The notes under the pieces are model-generated. The model searched no databases. It saw only the letters and a program-made list of their open reading frames with translations, and had not been told where the DNA came from. Source: Amoeboradix gromovi X-113 (taxonomy: Eukaryota > Fungi > Sanchytriomycota). Taken from it: a stretch of DNA of 15,706 bases. The stretch lies in NCBI GenBank assembly GCA_018985225.1, contig JADGIF010000183.1, forward strand, positions 1 through 15,706. Reading direction: 5' to 3'. Shown piece after piece: positions 10,079 to 15,706 of the stretch (position 1 is its first letter; the number at the start of each line of letters is the position of its first letter). The translations under genes and the position numbers were made by a program.

Positions 10079-11241
10079 ATGTCAATTACAAATCCATTTC
10101 ATTCTCAAGAATCAATATTTACACAGTCACTATCACTTACTACATTAGGTTCCACAACACAATAATTACGAGACAATGAACAGGAAGATCAACCTACTGT
10201 CTTTGACAAGTCAAGTTGGCTATAGAAAGTTATCATGTTGCTCTCTTAAATGTCTACAATTAGTTCCACAAGATATTTTAGCTTCCTTCTCAGATAAATT
10301 TCAAGTCCTTACAAAACAGGAACGTGATATTTTCATCAAAGGTCTTCTTGCAGCTTGTGAAGTAACAAGCTTGTCTGTCAATGCTAAGAAACAATTCAAG
10401 TATTATGTTTATCCACTAGGAAAGGTATGTAGGGGTGCTATGACAACCTTACTAACCATCTCTCGTCAGCAATTTCAAAACATCATAAATGATCTAGAAA
10501 CCTTCAAATCTAGACATCATGGTAATTAAGGTAAAGTATTCGATCATGCTTTAACTTCTCAAGAAAAAGCTTGCATCAATGAATGGCTTTTCAACTTTGC
10601 TGAGGTCCATGGTGAACAAAGACCTGGAAGAACTTTTATGTACAAACAGACTAAAAGAACAAGAGACATTGTCCTGCTCTGGCTACCTTCAGACCTTACC
10701 ATTATCAAATTACATCATATTTACTTGACAACTCAAGATGCTATTACCATTGGATTTGAGACTTTTAGAAGGTTGTATCATGATCGTGAGAGTATACGAA
10801 TAAGATTGCCTAGAAGTGACATGTGCGATACATGCACTGAATTCAAAGTGAACTTATTAGCTGATGAACTAGTGGAATCAAGTTTACTAAGTATTACAAA
10901 AGAATTCCAGGATCATCTAGGACAAGCTAAAGTTGCTAGGGTAGATTACAATAATTACAAGACAAGAATTGGAGCAGCTACCCTCTCTTTTGACTATAGT
11001 CAGAATCTATGTCTTCCTCAACTGAAAGATCAACCTTCATAACTCTGGTTATTTTTACAGACTTTCTGAACAAGCGAAAAGGAATCTAGTATTATTTGCA
11101 GATAATTGTCTTGGACAGAATAAGAATAATACTATGCATTTCAACCTGAAGTGTTAGAACCACTTTCTCACAGAGAGAAAGAAAAAGGATTTGGGGAAAG
11201 TTAAGAAATACAAGCCTGAACATTTGAGGGATGCTTTGTGA
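10079..11241 (+). mobile_element. Defective DDE transposase, Sola-like family, with premature stops and internal deletions
   Basis: Motifs CCxxxC, KVCxxAxxxLLxIS, HGN, WLPSDLT, RLPRSDMCDTC, LSFDYSQN..LP..QP (first catalytic D, 10992) and LFADNCLGQNKN (second D, 11101). Stops at 10163, 10223, 10527 and 11040. Deletion junctions near 11049 and 11133; frameshift near 11168. Element ends not resolved. Confidence 0.85.
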
Positions 11242-11463
11242 AGTTGAATGAAATTAAATAAATGATTTTTTACTTTAAATTCAATCGTGTAAAATATTTA
11301 TCTTTGGAATTTTGATAAAAATTGTCTAATCTAGTTTTTACAGAGCATGTCCAATAAAGACACTTCTACCCTAGAAGGATTAAAAATAGATTGATAGTGG
11401 AAAACAAATTTATTATTCAAATTGGTACTTGCCTTTACCCAAATACTTAAAGCTCATAGCTTA

Positions 11464-11861
11464 TGGGACACCAAATATAAAAACTAGACTAACTGGTTTT
11501 TAAAGGTGCACCATACTGAGGAAATGATATCATTAATAAAAGATCTTCTATTATACCAATTTTCTTTCATTACTTTCAATCCCCTCTTCAAAATAAAACT
11601 AGATATGAGGTCTTTGAGCATCTAAGCAAAAGGTGCATTTTCTTAGACGGTACTCTTTTCTAGAGCCATTTTGTAATGCTATACTAACATCATTACTCTT
11701 ATCTATTCTAGTTTCTACATAGTAATAGTGATATTTTATACTCGTCAACTCCGCAACTAGCTGAATGCCCACTCGCCTCTTAAATCCATAAAGTAATAAA
11801 GCTGAAATAATGTTCCAAGTTGTTACAGAAAGTTAGTCCAGTTTTTATATTTGATGTCCCA
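11464..11861. mobile_element. MITE-like element, about 398 bp, with 31-bp terminal inverted repeats
   Basis: 11464-11494 is TGGGACACCAAATATAAAAACTAGACTAACT; the reverse complement of 11831-11861 is TGGGACATCAAATATAAAAACTGGACTAACT (29/31). The interior is non-coding and AT-rich. No target-site duplication is evident. Confidence 0.7.
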
Positions 11862-12293
11862 AATGTGTATTTTCGCTCCGCTGAAACCTTTACTTCGTGA
11901 ACTTAACAACATCGAAAGTAATGGTTTTCTAGACGCCCAGAGGGCAAGGCGTATATTGGTCAAATATGTGATCATATCTACTGAAATTTTAGTGTATTCT
12001 CTAACTTCTTTCTATCTCTTGGTTCTCGAGTAAAAAAAGATCATAAAGATTGTCTAAAATTCTTTCCAGAGATAGATCTAGTGCATTTTGTATTTCTTTG
12101 CTACTAGATACCTTAAATATCTAATTTGTTAAACTTGTAGAGAATGTTTGTTCAGATGTCTATCTGAGTAGTTAAAGTTTATTGGGGTTTCAAGCTAAAA
12201 GTGAATGTTTTACTATATTCTCAAATAGCATTCGAACGGCGAGGCTGCATAGGCACCTCCAACACTGGAAAAAATTCGATCCCGTTGTTTTCA

Positions 12294-13814
12294 ATGGGTA
12301 GAATTAAAAAGAAACCAAAATTGAATGAGCTAAAAGACATGATTCAGAATTGGAACATGGATGCTATATATGAGTTAGATAACAAGAAGATGATTATTAG
12401 AATGCCTAATACGATTAAAGAAGCAATTGATAAACATCCCCATGAGCTGGAAAAGAATGTCAAGGTGGTTTATGGTACTTGGAAGATAGGCAAGTCGACT
12501 GTATTGAAGCAAAGCTGTGAATATGCCTTGTCAAAAGAGTTCATAGTACTTTATGTAAACAACGATTATAATCAACATGAAGGTTATTCTGACTTTGAAG
12601 AGATGAACAGAACCTATTTGGATAAAGTTAAGTCTGAAATTGCTAAAGGTGTAGAAACCGATCAGTCTTTTATCAAGTACTTCTCAAGTCTATCTACAGC
12701 CAAGACATTGGAAGAGATTACAAACGTATTGTTCGGATTATCCCTCTACAACGATGTAGCCTTCATTTTAGATAGATGGGATTCGGTACCAGAGACATTC
12801 AGAAATCTTTATGGTGCAAAAAGAGAACGAATACTTTACATAGTCGCTGGAACTGGATCCTGGGACCCTAAACATGATATTAAACGCTTTAATAACAATG
12901 AACATAAGAAAGTAGAGTTCATCTGCTTATCTAAAGCAACTGCTGATAACATAAAAGTCTTGGGCATTGATTCTAAGGTATTACCAGAAGCTCTTTTAAG
13001 AATCTCCAACGGTATTATTGGACTTGTTCGTGAATTTGATGGCTGCCATACTGAGGATGAATGTAATAACAAACTTGAGCTATTATTTAGTGATAAATCC
13101 TGTCATTTGTACAAAAAATTGGTTGAGAACGATCTCTTTCTCCACCTCAAAATTTTAAAAATAGGTGCAGTAAACAATACTTCTTTAATTGATGAATTCT
13201 GGCAGTTGACAGGTATCGTTGATTTAGAGGGTAAATTCGTTCACGAGGTTTTAAGACGCTCATTTCTTGATTTAAAGCTTAGAAAAGATATGATAAAGTC
13301 TGAGTTGAATCACTTTGCCTCGTCAAAAGAGGATGTGTTTGAGGATTATTGCTGTTTTGTTTTCCAAAATTCTAAAACACACGTAGTACATGATCATATT
13401 CAAAAAAAGGAGACTATAACATATGTTACATTAGAATGGGACTCATTTGCAGCGTATACAGGTCAGTCCAAAGTAAGAAATGTGATGTATCGATGTTGGA
13501 CAGGTTTCCCCACTTTTGATTTCTTTGTAATTAACGGAGATATCATTTATGGGATTCAAGTATCAGTAACTTCAACAAGAGAACTGCATGACAAGTCAAA
13601 ATCAGTGTCAGACATGATCAAAAGAGCACAAGAGGAAATATTAAAGAATACTAATGCAAAAGTCATAAAATACGTTTATTTGTCACCTTCCCAGAGTCAT
13701 TTGCCATCTAAATCTAAGCGAGATCACTACGTCCCTGAATCTGCACCTGAATATTTAAAAATTGATGAATTGTTATATGACGAATTAATTTTGAAGTTGG
13801 CAATGAAAAAATAG
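12294..13814 (+). CDS. Crinkler/RHS-type protein: P-loop NTPase plus C-terminal PD-(D/E)xK-like nuclease (506 aa from ATG 12294)
   Basis: Walker A VVYGTWKIGKST (12474-12497), Walker B AFILD, FEDYC helix and FPTFDFFV...IYGIQVSVT...H (D...QxS nuclease core typical of CR-REase domains). Basic N-terminus MGRIKKKPK. Confidence 0.75.
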   Translation: MGRIKKKPKLNELKDMIQNWNMDAIYELDNKKMIIRMPNTIKEAIDKHPHELEKNVKVVYGTWKIGKSTVLKQSCEYALSKEFIVLYVNNDYNQHEGYSDFEEMNRTYLDKVKSEIAKGVETDQSFIKYFSSLSTAKTLEEITNVLFGLSLYNDVAFILDRWDSVPETFRNLYGAKRERILYIVAGTGSWDPKHDIKRFNNNEHKKVEFICLSKATADNIKVLGIDSKVLPEALLRISNGIIGLVREFDGCHTEDECNNKLELLFSDKSCHLYKKLVENDLFLHLKILKIGAVNNTSLIDEFWQLTGIVDLEGKFVHEVLRRSFLDLKLRKDMIKSELNHFASSKEDVFEDYCCFVFQNSKTHVVHDHIQKKETITYVTLEWDSFAAYTGQSKVRNVMYRCWTGFPTFDFFVINGDIIYGIQVSVTSTRELHDKSKSVSDMIKRAQEEILKNTNAKVIKYVYLSPSQSHLPSKSKRDHYVPESAPEYLKIDELLYDELILKLAMKK

Positions 13815-13954
13815 TAAAATTAATATCGCACATAATGAATAAACAAGTTTACTTTAAAACCAGTTATTAGTTTTATTAATTGCAGGTAAACTGTCAGTAA
13901 TGGCAGCGCAGTTTCTGAATAAATGAAGACAATTCAAATTCCAACAATACCTAG

Positions 13955-14340
13955 TTATATCTGTACTATACTACACAGTATCCTGAATGGCAGATCCAAG
14001 GCATCAGCGTGTTGAAGGAGACATACAAAAACGGGGAGTTCGATAATTCAGAATCGGCGTTGCTGGGTAAAAGAGGAATGCTGAAAAACAAGAGAATGAT
14101 GCCATTTGTTCAGCAAATAAAGGTGGTCTAACACTAATGTAGCAGAGTGTGAGAGAACATGGTATAGCAATGTTTGAGAGACAGCTGCTGTTTGATGAGG
14201 CAAAGCTGTTGACAGATTGCAAAGAGCTGATTATGAAATCTTTAGGATGTAGCAGTATTGAAATCCTTGACCGATCAGATGATAGGAGAATGGAATCTGC
14301 GCTGCCGGGACAGCCTAGCAGTAAAATTGTAGACGAATAA
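13955..14340 (+). pseudogene. 5'-truncated fragment of cytosolic leucyl-tRNA synthetase (C-terminal ~121 aa)
   Basis: After removing intron 14123-14142 it reads YPEWQ...LKNKRMMPFVQQIK|QSVREHGIAMFERQLLFDE...SLGCSSIEI...ALPGQP, matching the eukaryotic cytosolic LeuRS C-terminus. There is no in-frame start and no room upstream for the catalytic domains. Confidence 0.85.
14123..14142 (+). other. 20-nt spliceosomal intron (23 nt if the next CAG is used)
   Basis: Sequence is GTGGTCTAACACTAATGTAG, with CTAAC/CTAAT branch-like motifs. Removal restores the LeuRS frame. Confidence 0.8.
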
Positions 14341-14619
14341 ATGTGCACCATGAGTACTTTCATAGTGCATATGAAATCATAGCGAGGGTATATGAACGTG
14401 GGATTAGCTAGGCTCAACAACAACAAAACGAGGAAGTACGAGGACTATTGCAGAGTTTCTGTAGAATTGAATTTAAGATACAGTGACATATGCCGAGTAT
14501 ACAAGAGAGACTGTCTCATGTCTGGGTGTACTTTTTGGGCGGACAAGGAAGATCTCTCTATTGCCTCGGTGTTCCACTTATGTGTGCTGCAAAAATTGCT
14601 AAATATCATCAAATTTCAT

Positions 14620-15375
14620 TTATTCTGTCAAACTTGCAATAGATGTATAGCTTGAGACTCCAGCACCAACAACATTAAAACTGTCCATAGAAACTGATAC
14701 AAACGGGCCTTCTGTAGCTTTGGTAGTTTTAGCATCAAAGAAATTCTTGAAACAAGAAATTGCTCCTTTGCTGGTCAACACACAAATTTCTTGACCTCTT
14801 ACATCTACTTCTTTGAATACTGGGTTTCCGATCTTCCTCCAAAAGGGTTGGATTTCATTGAATGTTGTACTGCAGTACAGCTCGAACCCCAAGTTCGTGC
14901 CGCAAGCAATTCTACCTGATATAGAAATCTGGGTTAGCTTGGTCCCTTTCTTAATAACCCAGTCAGTTTTGGGATCGCTAACAAAACGATTGAATGAGGT
15001 GCATGCGACAACTCCCTGATAGCTTGTCTTACAGAGCGTGTCGGCATCGAGATACACCTTATAAATACCAACATCGTCGGATGCGACCCATTTTACTGTA
15101 TCAGCCGATATGTCGGTTGTACAAGCCACGTGGCCATCAAGGGTCTTATCGGGATTATAGGTCACACCGCAAGCTTTATTTCCATATAATGAAATGTTTT
15201 TGAGAGAGCCGGTCTTCTTCGTTTTTATGTCTTCTGGTTGACCAGTGATCCAACAGTATACTTCTGAAGAAGCTGTTGTACCGCAGGTTTTACGACCGGA
15301 TATAGAGACTTGCGCTGCAAGGATGTATTCGTTTGTCTTGAATTCCAAAGCTGTTGCTAATGCTGTAAAGATCAT
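14620..15375 (-). CDS. Secreted tectonin-like beta-propeller lectin (251 aa)
   Basis: Short hydrophobic N-terminus MIFTALATA, then about six repeats of Q/K-hydrophobic-S-hydrophobic-x-G-x-x-x-C-G...Y/A-C...W (e.g. QVSISGRKTCG, NISLYGNKACG, QISISGRIACG). Confidence 0.7.
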   Translation of the reverse strand: MIFTALATALEFKTNEYILAAQVSISGRKTCGTTASSEVYCWITGQPEDIKTKKTGSLKNISLYGNKACGVTYNPDKTLDGHVACTTDISADTVKWVASDDVGIYKVYLDADTLCKTSYQGVVACTSFNRFVSDPKTDWVIKKGTKLTQISISGRIACGTNLGFELYCSTTFNEIQPFWRKIGNPVFKEVDVRGQEICVLTSKGAISCFKNFFDAKTTKATEGPFVSVSMDSFNVVGAGVSSYTSIASLTE

Positions 15376-15629
15376 TGACACGAATGCATGTCCCGTCTTT
15401 TATAACTAAAAATAAATGAAACAGGTGCAAGCTGAGTTCTGATAGAGTGAATTCATATGGTAAATATTTTACGCAAATGATATCAAGCTTGCATACCTGA
15501 TAATAAATTGACTTGAATTTGAGTTTTCAGATGCAAACAATAGAGGACATTTCAACTTTCTTTGAAGCAATCTACCAAAATCCAGCAATTGAAAAGAGAT
15601 TCCTGACTCCGTGAGTTTATAATGTGCAA

Positions 15630-15706
15630 ATGGGACACCAAATATAAAAACTAGACTAACTCGTTTTTAAAGGAGGTGCTCCATATGGAGGAAATGCTAT
15701 CATTAA
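15630..15706 (+). repeat. Second copy of the MITE-like left end, truncated by the window edge
   Basis: Direct repeat of 11463-11536: the 31-bp TIR is identical and similarity continues to the last base of the window, with a few substitutions and a 3-nt indel. Confidence 0.9.

Noticed and set aside
10038-11370. Terminal inverted repeats for the Sola-like element (GTAGAA...GACAT vs ATGTC...TTCTAC)
   Set aside because: The match is too short and gapped to distinguish from chance in AT-rich DNA.
11463-11536. The repeated 31-77-bp sequence as a conserved coding exon, intron end or CRISPR-like repeat
   Set aside because: Substitutions look synonymous in one frame (GHQI*KLD*L), but that frame has two stops in all copies. 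Splicing 15611-15672 gives no sustained ORF. The copies are dispersed and one is inverted, with no spacer array.
14392-14655. 87-aa Cys-containing ORF
   Set aside because: No recognisable motif, and it overlaps the 3' end of the tectonin-like gene.
949-15203. Antisense or alternate-frame ORFs in the track (e.g. 949-1167, 1335-1574, 1462-1770, 2999-3193, 3696-3887, 4230-4433, 4563-4769, 6316-6603, 7961-8494, 8646-8846, 8700-8981, 9125-9403, 11851-12033, 12836-13072, 14004-14426, 14813-15019, 14994-15203)
   Set aside because: They are shadows of better-supported genes or short frames without motifs.
1-15706. Alternative genetic code (TAA/TAG = Gln, as in some aphelids and ciliates)
   Set aside because: UGGT ends KDEL-TAG, several genes end in TAA, the long conserved ORFs have no internal TAR, and the Gln-rich ORF uses only CAA/CAG.

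Overview
AT-rich, very gene-dense eukaryotic DNA. The fungal-type ATP14 and ECM31 genes, tight gene spacing and tiny introns suggest a compact early-diverging fungus or fungal relative (inference only). The standard genetic code is used. The left part (about 0.9-9.1 kb) is a housekeeping block: panB/ECM31, ATP synthase subunit h, a shortened UGGT ending in KDEL whose two ORFs are joined by a 19-nt GT-AG intron, Lunapark, CWC21 and a small K/Q-rich, probably myristoylated protein. The right part (about 9.1-15.7 kb) is accessory. It holds an inverted ~224-bp copy of part of a downstream gene, an internally deleted Sola-like DDE transposase and a ~400-bp MITE-like element with 31-bp inverted repeats (a second copy starts at the window end). 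Between the two MITE copies lie a Crinkler/RHS-type P-loop NTPase + PD-(D/E)xK nuclease gene, an orphan C-terminal fragment of cytosolic leucyl-tRNA synthetase with a 20-nt intron, and a secreted tectonin-like beta-propeller lectin. The most notable signals are the 19-20-nt spliceosomal introns and the MITE-bracketed effector/lectin cassette. No tRNA, rRNA or CRISPR array was seen.
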